DNA of 64,000 nt from Eledone cirrhosa (GCA_964016885.1 OZ024741.1:108686001-108750000), one strand, 5' to 3'. Positions 13,680-28,349 are shown, counted from the stretch's first letter. The notes: generated by a model not told the origin, from the letters alone. Program-made: numbers and translations.

Positions 13680-13800
13680 GCCATTCTGAGTTCAAATCGC
13701 GCCGAGGTTAACTTTGCCTTTCAACCTTACGGGGTCGATAAAATGAAGTACCGGTAATGTACTGGGTTATTGCTAGCATTGTGCCAAAAGTAGAAACATT
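13680..13800 (+). mobile_element. SINE fragment, same family
   Basis: GAGTTCAAAT B-box-like motif followed by the family core. Confidence 0.75.
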
Positions 13801-13914
13801 ATAAAAGACGAAAATTGCAAGAAATTTCATATTTAAGAACGTACACTATACAGTTACTGATTTACCAAGCCCCCGCCCCATTATTGACCCTCCTATTATT
13901 TGGGACCCGAGAGT

Positions 13915-14754
13915 GCCACCAAACTCTCATCCTCTCTATATCTATCACACAAAACTCTCTTTTAATCCCCCTCTATATATCTACTAAAATCCAACTCTAC
14001 CCCTTTCTAAATCTACCACGACACCACTTCTCTTATCCCATTCTCTATATCTAAGACTAATACACACCCTCACTCTATAAATATATACACTTATCTCTCC
14101 TAATCCCCTTCTGTATATCAATAACCCTAAACTCCAACCCTCTCTATATCTACTACACGGCACTCTCCCATTATCCCTCTCTGTATATCTATAATCATCA
14201 AATGCTGCCCCTTTCTAAATGGACTACACGGTCCTCTCTACATCAATTAACACCAAACTCTTCCCCTCTCTATATCTACTACACGGAACGCTCTTCCAAT
14301 CCTCCTCTCTATGTCAATTAACACCAAACTATCCCCCTCTTTATATCTACTATACGGAACTCTCTTCCAATACTCCTCTCTATATCAATAAACATCCATC
14401 TTCCACTCTCTCGATATCTAATATACTACACACTCTCCCATCCCCCTTCTCTATATCAATTACCACCAAACTATCCACCTTCTATATCTACTATACAACT
14501 CTCTCATTTTCTCTCACTCTATCCATCACTACCAAACTCTCCCGCTCTCTATATTTATCAATAACTATCTCTATCAATCCTCTTTTCATTACCTACAAAC
14601 TCTCTTCCTCTCTATATCGATTAACACCAAACCCTTCCCATCTATATCTACTACACGGAACACTCTTCCAATATCAATTAACACCAAACTCTCCCCCTCT
14701 CTGTATCTACTAGACGGAACTCTCTTTCAATCCTCCACCCTATATCAATTACCA
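13915..14754. repeat. Degenerate ~70-bp pyrimidine-rich tandem repeat, left part
   Basis: Recurring ATCAATTAACACCAAACTCTCCCC..TATATCTACTACACGGAAC at ~69-72 bp spacing. Confidence 0.85.
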
Positions 14755-15343
14755 CTTGATATAGACGTGAATTACATCGCTCCGGATTTTTGCGGATTAT
14801 TGTCAAAAAAACTGTGAGTTCATTGCTTAATTTAATAGCATTGTTTAGTTTAACCCCTTGCCTGGGCCGTCAAACGTTGAGTTAACTAATTTTCGCCCCT
14901 TTCTGGGGCGAAATTTTCATTTTCATCTCAAAACTGTGTAGACTTGGTAGTCAGCAATGGATGCCATTTCCACCTCGCACACTGTCGTGAGTGCCACGCC
15001 CACTAAGAAAAGTGGTGGAGGGAAGGTAGGAGTACAAAGCTTGCAGCCTTCCCCCCTCGCATTATCGAAGAAGGTTGAAAATATTGAAACCACGAAACCA
15101 AACTTGGTAAATAATACCAGCATCAAAAAACAAGAACAATGACAATAACACCACAACCAACAACTGCAACAATATCAACACCAAGCAAAACATGAACAAT
15201 ATTACCAACAGTGACAACAACAGCAGCAACAAAAAAGACAACAACACCAAAACAACATTCGCACAGACTGTAAAAAAAACGAACTATACACGCCAATAGA
15301 CATAACAAATGCTAAACAACTATTACAAGACGCAAAACAATTC

Positions 15344-16219
15344 GTGACTTTTGGCGAAAACGGTGCTTTTAGCATAAATTCTCCACAGGAATTACGTAGA
15401 GAGGCTGTCCTGAAAACCACAGTTTTCAGGATAATATCGAACGAAACAAGAAAACCAGCTCAATTATCACAAAATGAAATTGAGATGGTTCTAAAAGATG
15501 CAATGGAGGACATAACCTTCATACAAAAAGGTAAACTGTTTGGTAGTTTTTCGGTGCTAATGAACAACCAGTCAACAGCACAAAACTACTCGGTATCACC
15601 CATTGTGTCCCCCCGCTTCACCTTTTTCCCCACATACAGGGGAAAAAGGACACAAAGAATAAAAATTATGAGTATCACACCAAATGTAAATATTTGGTGG
15701 ATACTATGTGGAATCATTGACTTTGATGAAGACAAGATAATTTCAATAGGAAAGTCCTCCGGGGGTGTATTTGGTGGGACAAGCGTAGAAGTTCTGGTGC
15801 AAATCAGCCCAGAACGAATAGCGAATATCCCACACCGCGTGCCTCTGGACGGGCTAACTTATATAAACATTTCAGTGGAGGGAAGGCGGCCGTCATGTTA
15901 CCACTGTTTAACCAGGGGTCACCTGAGGGGTACCTGTCCTCAATTAACGAGTAAAAAAAAGGCTCTTCTGCCAACCCCGAACACAACAACACAACCACCA
16001 CCACCACCACCACCACCACCACCACCACCACCACCACCACCACCACCACAACAACAACAACAACAACCACAACAACACGGAAAAATAACAACACAAAACA
16101 CTGTTCCACCCAACCCCTCCCCACCTAAATCAAATACAAAAGCAACCACAACAAAACCCCAAAATATACCCCCTCACCAACAACACGGAAGAGGACTCCG
16201 TATCAACGTCACCCAGTGA
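15344..16219 (+). pseudogene. LINE ORF1 (gag-like, CCHC zinc knuckle, Pro/Gln-rich tail)
   Basis: CYHCLTRGHLRGTC followed by poly-P/Q; interrupted upstream and downstream. Confidence 0.85.
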
Positions 16220-16841
16220 CGACGAGGGAGAACCCTTTCAACAGGTGAAAAGGGAAAAAAAGGCACCACATTAACAAAAATGCTACAAACACACAACCAC
16301 CAGCACAAACAGAACAAACATCACAAATAAAAAAACTCACCGCTCCCCAAAACATAACACATACTACAAAACGCAAACACGCACAAGAACAACAAACAAA
16401 AACAAACACAACAAAAACTCTATACATACATTAACAAGAACAATAAAACTTTGATGAAATCAATAGAAAATAACCCTTCGGTGGAAACCGAAGGGATCAC
16501 TTTCACCTACGCAGCGAACAAACCGCACCTAATGATGATTAGGGTCCCAACGGAAACCTATGTAACTTTGAAAAAGAACCATCCAATGCATGTGGGGACC
16601 AACTGCACCAAACCACTTAACCACGCCCTATTGAGATGTTTCCCCACCCCCACACCAGACACCCACACCCCACCAAACACCCTAATCCCACCACATACTG
16701 ATGTCCTCACCCCACCACAAACCACCACCCCACCAAACAACCCTTCCAACACACCCATGGAAATTTGTGCAACCTGGTCCCCAGGAGACGAAGAGGTAAG
16801 TAATCTCCTTTCCTCTTCCTTTTTAACTCTTCAGCACCAAC

Positions 16842-19583
16842 ATGGCCAATATAAGAGTTGGATGTGTGAATGCACGCGGCCTGGGGATGTCCTGGAAACA
16901 GGGCAAAGTCTTAAATGACCTCAGGTCGCACAGAGTGGATGTAATGGTTATTTGCGAGTCCAGGATCAGCAGCGAGCGCCAACTGGCCCCCATCTTCGAC
17001 GACTTTGCGATCTACGCATCTCTCTGTCAGCCGAGGGGTGGGGTGTGGTTGTCGTTCTGCTGCGAAAATACCTGGGTCTTGCCACACAGAAGGTACACCT
17101 GGACGCGGAGGGTCGACTTGGCCGGCGTGCTGGCGTCAAGAAAGGCCCTAGACCAGTTCTTTGATGCGAAGCACGAGGGCTGCGTTGTCAGGAGTAAAAT
17201 ACGTGCTCTGAGTAACGAGGGAGCCAAAACTGTTAGCTGGGCACGAGTGACAGAGGCAAAAAGTGGAAACAAGTCCACGATTCGGTCTTTGAAGGACCAG
17301 GATGGACGCGTGATCCTTGAACCTGAGCGGGTGAGCACGGCCTTTCAACGGCGCTTTGCACGACTGTTCGGGAGGGGCGGCGGACGGGTGGGGCCATGGA
17401 TTTCGGTCCATACCTCGACGGTCTGGCGCGGCTCTCGGACGGGGAGGCGAAGTCCTGCGAGAGGCCGATTTCAGCCGCTGAAATAGGTGAAGCGCTGAGC
17501 CAATGCGGCAAACGCAAATCTCTGGGTCTCGATGGTCTACCATACGAACTTTATGTAGCGATGCCGGGCTTGTTCTCCGGTCTCCCCGAGGCGGTCTACT
17601 CCAACTGGCAACAGAACGGGAGAATTCCCAGTTCTGTGACCAAGGGCGTAGTCACGCTGGTGAGGAAGGACGAGAACAAGGGGGATGACATAGATAACTT
17701 CAGGCCCATAACTCTGCTAAACACAGAGTTAAAGATTTTGGCCAAAGTGTTAGCGAAGAGGTTGGCGCTTGTCGTCGGGAACCTGGTGGGAGAAGCGCAG
17801 ACATGCGCAATCCCGTCCAGGTCCATACACGACAACCTCCACCTCATGCGATACATCGTAGAGAGGGTAGGGAACGAACTCGGCTTTGGTGGGGCCCTGA
17901 TCAACTTGGATCAATCTAAGGAGTTCGATAGGGTTGACCATCGGTTCCTGGAGGCGGTGCTCGCGGCCGTAGGCCTCGGACCCGTTTTCAGGGGCTGGAT
18001 TGCTGCAATGCACAGCAGCAACACCTGCTCGAGTGTCAAGGTGAACGGCTACCTCTCGGAGCCGTTCCAAATCACGCGATCCATCCGACAGGATGGACTC
18101 AACCTCCCTCCTGTATGTGCTGGCTCTCGAGCCACTACTGCGGGAGCTGGAGCTGTTGCAGGGCATCCCCTTGGAACCGGGATTGCAGAAATCGGTGTCG
18201 GCCTACGCCGATGACGTGACACTAATGGTGTCGTGCGCCTCGGAAATCGGGCAGATCGGCACCTTACTGGAGGAATATGAAAGGTTCACAGGAGCCAAGC
18301 TGAACCGGGCCAAGTCCCTCGGTTTGCAACTCGGGACGTGGAGCGGCCAAACGATGCCCTCCGACGGCATCGTCGGACGCTTGACGGAGGGACCGGTGAA
18401 GCTGCTCAGGGTCTGGTGCGGACCGGACCTCCAGGTGGAGAAAAACTGGGACGAGTTAACGGGCAAGTTGTTTGCACTCGCCCAGAAGTGGGCCGAGTGC
18501 AAACTATCCCTGAAAGGTCGAGTGGAGGTGGCGAACGCTTATATAGCGTCCGTCATCTACTACCGCTTGACCGTCGTGCCTTGCCCAGAGAAAACTCGCC
18601 AAAATGGAGCGCGCGCTCTTCCGATTTCTTTGGAAGAAGCGGGCTCCATTGGTGAGAAGATCCATCTGCTGTCAACACCCTTCGAACGGAGGGCTGGGAT
18701 GCCGTGGCTGACGATGCGTAGACACGCATTAAGGCTATGGCACCTCCAGGTATTCCTCACCGGTCAGACGGTGTGTGCCCTGTTTGTGAGGCGAGCCTTT
18801 CCGAGACTCGTCTCACTCACCGAGCTCCAATCCAGGGTCAAGCAAAGACCGAGAAAAGTGGGCGACTGGCACATCGAATGTGCCCAGGCGCTCACGGCCC
18901 TCTGGCAAGCGGATCCGGCAATCAGTGGAGACTCAACCTCAACATTCTATAGAGGGTTGGTGCGCAGTAAGTGCGACGACGCTCTCGGAGAGGCTCTGGG
19001 CATGGAGGAAGATGAGCTGGCCAGTCTGTTCGGCAGGACATTTGGCCCGGGAACGATGGACAACTTCCAAAAGTCCCTGGCTTGGCAATGTTACCGAGGA
19101 GCTCTACCCGTTCGGGATAAGCTCTACAGACACGGGCGCCCGGGTAGGGACCCCTCGAAGAAGATCTGTCCGAGATGCGTGCGTGACGAGGAAACCGTCG
19201 CACACGCATTCGTACACTGCCCGGGCGTTGCTGACCTATGGGGCTATGTGGAACGACTACTGTCGCGGGTGGGACCAATCCGGTTGACCACCGAGAACAT
19301 TGTCACGATCAAACCGCCTCCCCTTTTCAAAAACGAAAGAGAGGCGGTTTTCCTCTGTGTGATAGCCATGGCGAAAGAAGTTGTATGGTGGACAAGGTTG
19401 AAAGGGCTGAGTTCAGACACCTTTCTCTCCGGCCAACAACCGGTCTTTTTTTTCAAGTACCACTTTAGAAGAAGGATCAGAATGGAGAGAGAGGTGCTCT
19501 ACCCCAGCAAGTTTTATGAAAAGTGAGTGAAAGTAGCGAGAATGGCCCGAGTGAATGGGCCCTCTCTCTATATCAGCCTGTAG
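16842..19583 (+). pseudogene. LINE ORF2 (partial APE endonuclease, RT, Zn finger), frameshifted
   Basis: MANIRVGCVNARGL..VICES; KSLGLDGLP; NFRPITLLNTELKILAKVLAKRL; SAYADD; CPRC..ETVAHAFVHC. Confidence 0.92.
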
Positions 19584-19823
19584 GTGAGAGAGGAGAAGAA
19601 TGAGAAGAGGAAGGAAGCACCCGCTCTTTGTACTCCTGAAGAGGAGGGTTGCACATTTTTTCGGGGGTGTGTGCAACCCATGTCAACGCCCCTCCCTATT
19701 GAGGACATCGATTGTTAAATATAATTTGTTATATGTTTTTTTACACGTCTTTTTAAATGTATGTAAACTCCCCCCTTTGTATTTGTCCCAATCTTTGATT
19801 TCCTGGTGGCAAATAAATAGAAA

Positions 19824-20100
19824 TTTATATCAATTAACCCAAACTCTCCCCTTCTCTATATCTACTATATGGAAATTCTTCCAAACCCCCTCTCTATATC
19901 AATTAACACAAAACTCTCCCCTTCTCTATATTTACTAAACAGAACTCTCTTCCAATCCCCCTCTCTATATCAATAAACATCAATCTCTCCCCCTTTCTAT
20001 AACTAATATACAACACAATCTCCCAACCTTCCTCTCTATATCAATTACCACTAAACTCTCCCCCTCTCTATAACTATAGTTATCTCTCCCATCTGCCTCT
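19824..20100. repeat. Degenerate ~70-bp tandem repeat, right part
   Basis: Same unit as 13915-14754 resumes after the LINE. Confidence 0.85.
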
Positions 20101-20666
20101 ACATAACATGTACTTACATTGTCGTGCATATACAAATAGATGTGTGTTGTGGTAGTTCGTTGGAAGAATATAATTATTGTGGTGTTATGCCACCCTGCCT
20201 AGTTCAACCGGCCCTGATTCAGGGTCTGTTCAACTGTCCATTATGTTGTTAGTTCATCACTAATATATATCTTTATGTTTGATTAGTCTTGTCTTAATTT
20301 TGCAAATAAAATAGTACCAAGTAGTGCTTTCGGAATGGGGGTGGTGTCCGGACATTTGAACACAGAAGGGTAATTTAAAAAAAACAAACAACCCCTCTTT
20401 GCCCCAAAACAACCCTCTTTGCTTAAACGTTGCTTTCATAGTTTATTGTTCATAAATTTTGAAATTGATATTTTCCAGTGTGTGTGTGGGTGGATGGGGG
20501 GGGGGGCAGAATCTAACCTTACCTAAGGTGGTAGATAGTCTGGCTTCGTCACTGTGTATATGTATATATATATATATAGGAAAAATTTAACCCCGATGGC
20601 AGAGCTCAAGCCATTTCGACGGCTATTTCTGATGGTCCCTCTGGTTCCTTACCACATCTCCTTCGT

Positions 20667-20767
<101 letters not shown>

Positions 20768-20769
20768 TA

Positions 20770-20921
20770 TTCCGGGTTGAATCTGAGGTAACCACAGTAA
20801 GTGGGGTATTTAATATAGAAGAGCTTCAACAGGATTAGAACTGTTTCATTCGTGAGAAATCATCAGGGAGCTCCCTGATGATTTCTCACGAATGAAACAG
20901 TTCTAATCCTGTACAAGCTCT

Positions 20922-20928
<7 letters not shown>
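20770..20928. mobile_element. Palindromic PLE-tail insertion with HHR-like core on both strands
   Basis: Perfect palindrome 20829-20912 centred on GAG|CTC; CTGATGA..GAAACAGTT in each arm; microsatellite flanks. Confidence 0.8.
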
Positions 20929-20956
<28 letters not shown>

Positions 20957-21035
20957 GAGGTGTGTCAGAAAGGTTCCAGGTCTGATGACACAAAAGATTT
21001 ATTTCAAACCCAAACTTCACACTAAGAGTTTTCTC

Positions 21036-21089
<54 letters not shown>

Positions 21090-22194
21090 GCTAAGTGGTG
21101 AGTCTTCTTACTCTGAAGTTTCACAGAATCGCCAGACAAAACTGTGAGTACACCTGTGATTACACATGTGGATGTACAGTTTACCCAGGCTCATTACAGC
21201 CATAACAAACACATTTAAATTCTACTTCGGTATTGATTACTCATTCTCACATGCGTCAACATCACCCGCCTATGAATGGGTACAACATTTAAAATTTTGG
21301 AGTGTGATTTCTAATCATATAGAATTTCTATTCATATAGAAACCCACACACACGTAAACGCACGTGTTCGTAAAAACAAACAAGTTTATCTGAATTTTTA
21401 TTAGGTCATGTGTTTTATTGAATTTGTTTATTGCTTAAGTGATTTCCTAGTTAACAAATGTAATATTAGTTATATAATTATCTACAACTCACTCCCTCTT
21501 TTTCCAATTCCTTCATAGTTTACTCCCCATTTAAATATTTCTTAGTGTTTCTTGTACTATGCAACTGACCTCTTTTGACATTGCTGTGTTTTACTCCCTC
21601 CCTCTCACTCACTTTCACCTTCTTTCTCTTCCTCCTGTCCCCCATTCTCTTAATCTCAAACCCTGTCCCTTTTAAGTTGATGCGCTGTTGTTTGAACTTA
21701 GGTCACCATGTGCTTAAGGCTGCATGTTCTTATTTATCTTGCTGCTGCTAGTGTGTTGATCGACTTCAAAGTGGTTAACCTTTTTATGGAGTAACAGGAA
21801 TATAACACTATTCGGTTTACTAGCAGCTCTTGGTCAATACGTGCATTCAGACAACTCGGGTGCAACTATTCTAACTAGCTGTCCCGTAGGAGGGAATATC
21901 GATATCATGATTTTAGTGTGCGTCACCAAATCGACTATGTGGTAGTTTTGATAGAATAAATACCTTGCGGTATTTACTCCGGTTCTCTACGGTCTAGGTT
22001 CAAATATCAACGAACTCAAAATTGCCTGTCATCTATGAGGAATCGATAAATAAAGTATTAATACAGGGTGGAAGGTTTGTAGGATTACTAAAGCATCGGC
22101 CGAGATGTCGTGCGGTATTTGTTCTCCTTGTTCTCTCACTGTTCTCTCATTGATCCCCTGTTGACTGAAAACGAGTCCTTTAGTATCTGGTATG

Positions 22195-22535
22195 AAGGAG
22201 TATGGCTTGGTGGGTAGAGCATTGGGCTTGCAGCCTGGAGGTTGTGAGTAAGATTCTCGGATCGGGTGATATGTTTTGTCCTTGACACGTTCGTGTCTTA
22301 AACGTTGCTCCAGTTTACCCAGCTGTAGAAATGAGTTGCAACGGCACTGGTGCCCAGCTGTATCGGCCACTGCCTTTCTCTTGGACAACATCGGTGGCGT
22401 AGAGAGGGGAGAATGGTATGCATGGACGACTGCTGCCCTTCCACCAAAAATCTTTCCGGGACAAGTACCTCGGAGGGGAACTTTCTAGGTGTAAATCCCA
22501 TGGTCATTTATGACCGAAGGGGCTCGCAACCCCTT
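22195..22535 (+). mobile_element. tRNA-derived SINE
   Basis: A/B-box-like head TGGCTTGGTGG..GAGT, then GTCCTTGA..TTGCTCCAG body; tail shared with 58058-58281. Confidence 0.75.
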
Positions 22536-23455
22536 TAATGACGATTGATAGAATTATCCCCTAGTTGTATTGGTAGACGCTCCTAGGACCACGGCCCTAC
22601 TGTATTTCTTAATAACAATTAAGACACAGAGCCTGATCTTTTAAAGACACAAACCATATCTAAATTCTGTTTCCGTTGTCCATGCCGCACGTTTTACACG
22701 AGCTTTCTTATGATTGCTTTTGTCTGTGAATATATAGGTTCCACTCTCCCTACAACTTACTTTGACGTCACCTACAAATATCTCCAGGTAATATGATCCA
22801 AAATCTCCCTACCCAAATACATTTAGATACATCTGATTCTTTTATTGCTCTTCAAACTTTTATTTCCATCAACAACACTTCAACTTTAACGTTTCTGATC
22901 TTTTGTCCTACTCGTCACCCAACTTACCTACTCTACCCACCCAAACATTGGGTACCTTTAGTAGAGTGCACTTTGTTGCAGAGGCATGAAGCGGGTACCC
23001 GGTTTGTGGATACATCAATGGATACACCAATGCCTCTCTGCTAACAGTCACAGAAGACTTTAAAAACATCATCCCAATTTACCTTACAACTTGATTAAAC
23101 ATTAAAAATTGTTATAGTAATTATTTTATTAATATCGACACAAAACCAAAGGGAGTTTATTTAAATAAATGAATATTTATTTATCTCACTGTATTGTATT
23201 TTTATCTACGAAATTATTTTGTATGTTTATTTTGCCATGCTGGGAAGGACAAACGGCAAAGTGGTCTTCGGTTTTGGGGTATGAACAAAGCAGAAAGATG
23301 CACTGGAAGGTATTTCGGTGTTGCATAATACAGCGTTGCATATTATTCCACCACACAAGGCTGTGTAATAGTATTTATACAACACATGCCATTGCCACCC
23401 ATAAATGTTATCTGCTAACAATACTAATAGAAATATCAGTAGTAGTATCACTAAT

Positions 23456-23497
<42 letters not shown>

Positions 23498-23832
23498 CCT
23501 CGGTAAATCAACATCAACTGCCATACCTCTACTGCACATGTTTGTTGAAAAAATATTTATAAAAGTGCACGGTGACCTCTCCCTAATTCTTCTTCGTTTT
23601 TTCTTCTTTCTATCCACTCTCTCCTCCACGCCCATTCTTCTTTCTCTCCATCTCGTTTTCCTCGACAACGTCTCCCCCTCCATTTTTCTTAATCTCTGCC
23701 TGTCACTTTCATATCTTCTCTCTCTTATTCCTTCTCCTGTAATTCTCATCCCCTTCCTCCTCGTCGTTTTCACCTTCTCCACCACTACGTGCTTATACTG
23801 TTTTCTTGTTTTATCGAATTTTCCATGCTCAC

Positions 23833-24180
<348 letters not shown>

Positions 24181-24456
24181 GATATTTCCAGCCGTAGTAA
24201 TAGTCGCTGTAGTAATAATTATATTGGCCATAGTATAATTACAATTATCATCATAGCAATCATCATCATGATTATATGAATATTTAGTTTTTGTTGTCCT
24301 GCATTCATCCTTCTAACCTTCTAAGTTCAGCGGAACAATTCCTGTCTGTTTGTATGGTTGTTGTTATTGCCGTTATTGTTAACTGTTTAATATTGGCAAA
24401 AGAACCAAAGCAATAACATAATGAGGACAAAGAATAGAGCCGTTGTGAAGGAATGC

Positions 24457-24484
<28 letters not shown>

Positions 24485-24487
<3 letters not shown>

Positions 24488-24763
24488 TTAAAGTCTGTCT
24501 TAAGTCAGAAGGCTCATTTGGCCGGTGCTTATCCCGGTTTCATGGCGTGAAGCGACTGAGAGTACACGACTCCCCCCTGGACAGGACGCAAGTCCATCGC
24601 AGGGTTAAACCTCCAGCTATTGCAGGTACTCATTTTTAGCTGAGTATACTGGAGCAACGTGAAATGAAGTGTTTTGCTCAAGAACACAACACGCAGCCCA
24701 GGAATCGAACCCACGACATTATGATCATAAGTCCAACACTCTTACCACTAGGCCACGTGCCTC
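24485..24763 (-). mobile_element. tRNA-derived SINE (GTGTTCTTGAGCAAAACACTT core)
   Basis: Minus head TGGCCTAGTGG..GGTTCGATTCC; core shared with 40012-40130. Confidence 0.85.
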
Positions 24764-27036
24764 CATATATATATATATTTGTGTGTGCGTGTTTATACAC
24801 ACATACACACACACATATATATATATATGTGTGTGTGTGTGTCTGTGCATGTATATATGTGTCCGCGCGCATAAGTGCATGGCTTAGTGGTTAGAGCATA
24901 CGGCTCACAATCGTAAGGAAGGGAGTTCGATTCTCGACACTATATTTCATATTAGAATCCATTCAGCTTGTAAAACTGCTTTGTATCAGTAATACGAACG
25001 ACCAGCCTTGTTACATTCCGAATAACGCTAAATTTATGATGTATATGACTGAGAGTCCTTGTCGTCGTCTCGTAAGAGATACCAGAGCTTAGGGAATATA
25101 ATGGTTGGAATGTGCATTGTATAATATAATATTCTACGTTGAAGTTATCAATCTCTCCTGTCCTCAGCAAGAGAAAATCATTTAAGAGAGAATCCCAAGC
25201 AGCTGTGACCAATTTTCTAGTTTTAGCATGGCTTGGATGCTGCAGGCTTCCATCTCGAGCGGTAAGCTGTTGCTATCTGCGATTAACTCAGGCTCAGTTA
25301 CACTTTGGCCTAAGGAAAGTAAACTCACCAAATATCGGTCGCACTATCAGCACAGATTTGGCTACCCGCAGGTTTTAACCACGCGACCTGGAATGGCTCT
25401 TCTAGCGCGTTTCCCTCACCATCCTCCGGGGAAACGCTTTCTTTATTATGTCTACTGGGGCCGCGAGGCGGCTAGCCCATGGGCCTCCATTTCCTCATAA
25501 CAGGAATTGATGGGGAGAGCGGGAGAGATGGAGTCACTGAAAGTGGGAGTTTGGTTTTATTGTGTTCGGACCTGATGTATATGTATATATTTATTTATCA
25601 CACCATATTTCATTCACCTATCATACATACATATTAATATATGACACTTTACTTACTGCTTCATTTTTCAGAATATCTCTGGGTATGTATATTATTTAAC
25701 TGCTCATATCATACTACACAACTTGATATGTTCTTTATTTAAACTAAATATTAACTTAACCCGGTTAAATCAATTTTCCAATTTAGCCATGGTGATTATT
25801 CATTTCGTTATACATTAATTTGAAAAGTTAATAAATACCGGCAACATTTTATTTTCTGATCTGTTCTATGATAGTTGCTTATCTTCTGCAAACTAAACTT
25901 ATTTTGTAAGTTTCACAAGCGTTTTCTTACTATTTTGTGTATATTCTGTATTCGACTTCTTCAAACCTGTTTACGTTGAAATTAATTGAAAACATTAACG
26001 ATACCATGGTATCGTGTCTTAATCAGATCTATGGTATTTTATCAGTAGACGAATTTAATATTCAAGACGAACTTTCTTCCTTCTGGCTATTATGATATAT
26101 CAAAAGTATTATAGTGTGCACTTATAAATAATTTGATTTATTTCGTTTAGATGGCAGTTTTGCTGAGTAGATTTAGACATTAGTTGAAAGTTTACCTATA
26201 TATCCTAAATCTAGCTTATAGATCTGTTGAAGTGGACAGATTCATTTTCGCCTCTAGAAATGGAATGACAATTCTGTAACAGATTGTAGTGAACATTGTA
26301 AAAGACGACGGAAGGTTCCACAAGCTGATTCACTGGTTCAATCTCCGATTAAAGTCAATGCATTTATACCACTCAATCTCCTTAGTTCACATTTTCTAAA
26401 ACTATCAGGCCGCTTGAGATTTGTGAAAATGATTTATTATGAAAGATTGACTGAAAGAACTCAATAGAGGTGTGTACATAATGAGCTCAAAGCACGAAAA
26501 AAAGTTTCAAACATGTGATCCTCCTCTCATATGGGTGGCACTAACGTGACCTTTAAACAATTCCAAGGATTTAAATTATTTTACTGAGTAAAAAATAACT
26601 TTTTTCGGCTCAGCCAAGGCATACTCATTCAAAACATGTGAGAGGTGTTTAGTTCAAGTGATCCTTAATCTTGTACTAGATCAAACCCACGTGCTGAAAA
26701 AAAGGGTACATATAAACAAAAAGAACAGGTTAACATCATTGGCTGCAAGCCAAACACATGTTTTACATGAGAGTTTTCCGTCTATTAAAATGATGCCCTG
26801 GCAAGGAGCAGGGGTCTCTCGTTCTGATTGTGCTAACCCCGCATTCGGACAACAAACTAAGTATTTCCAAGTCCCCCTGGTAGAAACATATACAATAGAC
26901 AAACATATGTACATATGTATGTAAATGGCAAACAGAAATAACAAAACAAACGACACAGTACAGTGAAGAAATATATTAATTTAACGCTTAAAATACAGGG
27001 AAAGAGTCTTATGCATGCATACGCACATCACACATT

Positions 27037-27049
27037 CTCTCTCTCTCTT

Positions 27050-27089
<40 letters not shown>

Positions 27090-27094
27090 ACTTT

Positions 27095-27141
<47 letters not shown>

Positions 27142-27212
27142 TCTATATATTTATATATATCTTCTACATATTTATATATATATATATATTTATATATATT
27201 TATATATATATA

Positions 27213-27308
<96 letters not shown>

Positions 27309-27318
27309 TATATATATT

Positions 27319-27392
<74 letters not shown>

Positions 27393-27398
27393 TATATA

Positions 27399-27454
<56 letters not shown>

Positions 27455-27482
27455 TATATATATATTTATATATATTTATATA

Positions 27483-27575
<93 letters not shown>

Positions 27576-27576
27576 A
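27037..27576. repeat. (CT)n plus ~480-bp interrupted (TA)n microsatellite
   Basis: Directly visible. Confidence 0.98.
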
Positions 27577-27859
27577 ATTGTTTCATTCTTTAGAAATCAT
27601 CAGGAATCTGGGTATCAAAAAATAAATATGGTATTTATAGGCCTTTTCAGGTGGTAGAAGAGGGTAGGGAGTGGGATGGGTGCAGGTCATTGGTTGATAG
27701 AAAAGGGAATTCATTAAAAGCTGTGTGTATATATATATATATATATGTATGTATATGTGTATGTGTTTGTGTATGAATGTATATATGTATATATGTTTAT
27801 ATCTGTGTATGTATTTATTTATTTATATATATATATTTATATATATATATATATATATA

Positions 27860-28268
27860 TTAAAGTGTTAAACAATATTCAATGATTATGTCAAAGAATG
27901 AGTTTTACAGTAGATTGGAAGCACTCAACTGGAAAAAATTTTTTTCTGGAGTTGTTAATATTAAAATATAAGTATTAATAAAATAGATGTTCTTTCGATC
28001 AATTATATTTTATTATACATATTTCGGATGTACAACAGGACGTCCTCATCAGACAAAATATAATGATACATGACATACCCTGAGGTGTTAAATGGTTAAG
28101 ATTTAATCAAGGTACTGCCTTGATTAAATCTTAACCATTTAACATCTCAGGGTATGTCATGTATCATTATATTTTGTCTGATGAGGACGTCCTGTTGTAC
28201 ATCCGAAATATGTATAATAAAATATAATTGATCGAAAGAACATCTATTTTATTAATACTTATATTTTA

Positions 28269-28272
<4 letters not shown>
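27860..28272. mobile_element. Palindromic PLE-tail insertion with HHR on both strands
   Basis: Arms ~27959-28112 and 28118-28270, near-identical with a 5-nt spacer; HHR ATTATATTTTGT-CTGATGA-GGACGT..ACATCC-GAAA-TATGTA-taATAAAATATAAT at 28166-28228 (+) and 28002-28064 (-). Confidence 0.88.
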
Positions 28273-28310
<38 letters not shown>

Positions 28311-28349
28311 GTGTGTGTATATGTGTGTGTATATATGTGTGTATATATA

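Larger units (their letters stand above)
14755..19823 (+). mobile_element. Near full-length L1/Tx1-clade LINE with an internal ORF2 deletion
   Basis: ORF1 with CCHC knuckle, ORF2 APE start, RT and Zn finger, 3' AATAAA; candidate TSD TATATCAATTA at ~14740 and ~19826. Confidence 0.93.

Noticed and set aside
20955-21035. TACGAGGTGTGTCAGAAAGGTTCC mariner-like terminus
   Set aside because: Single short end with no partner TIR or transposase; too weak to call
24875-24940. tRNA-like sequence with A and B boxes
   Set aside because: Matches the SINE head and lacks a convincing acceptor stem
25130-25560. GC-richer island, possibly a LINE 5' UTR or an exon
   Set aside because: No diagnostic motif or second copy in the window
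26963-27657. Long IY/YI, CV/HT and RE-repeat ORFs here and throughout the window
   Set aside because: Translations of (TA)n, (CA)n and (GA)n microsatellites, not genes
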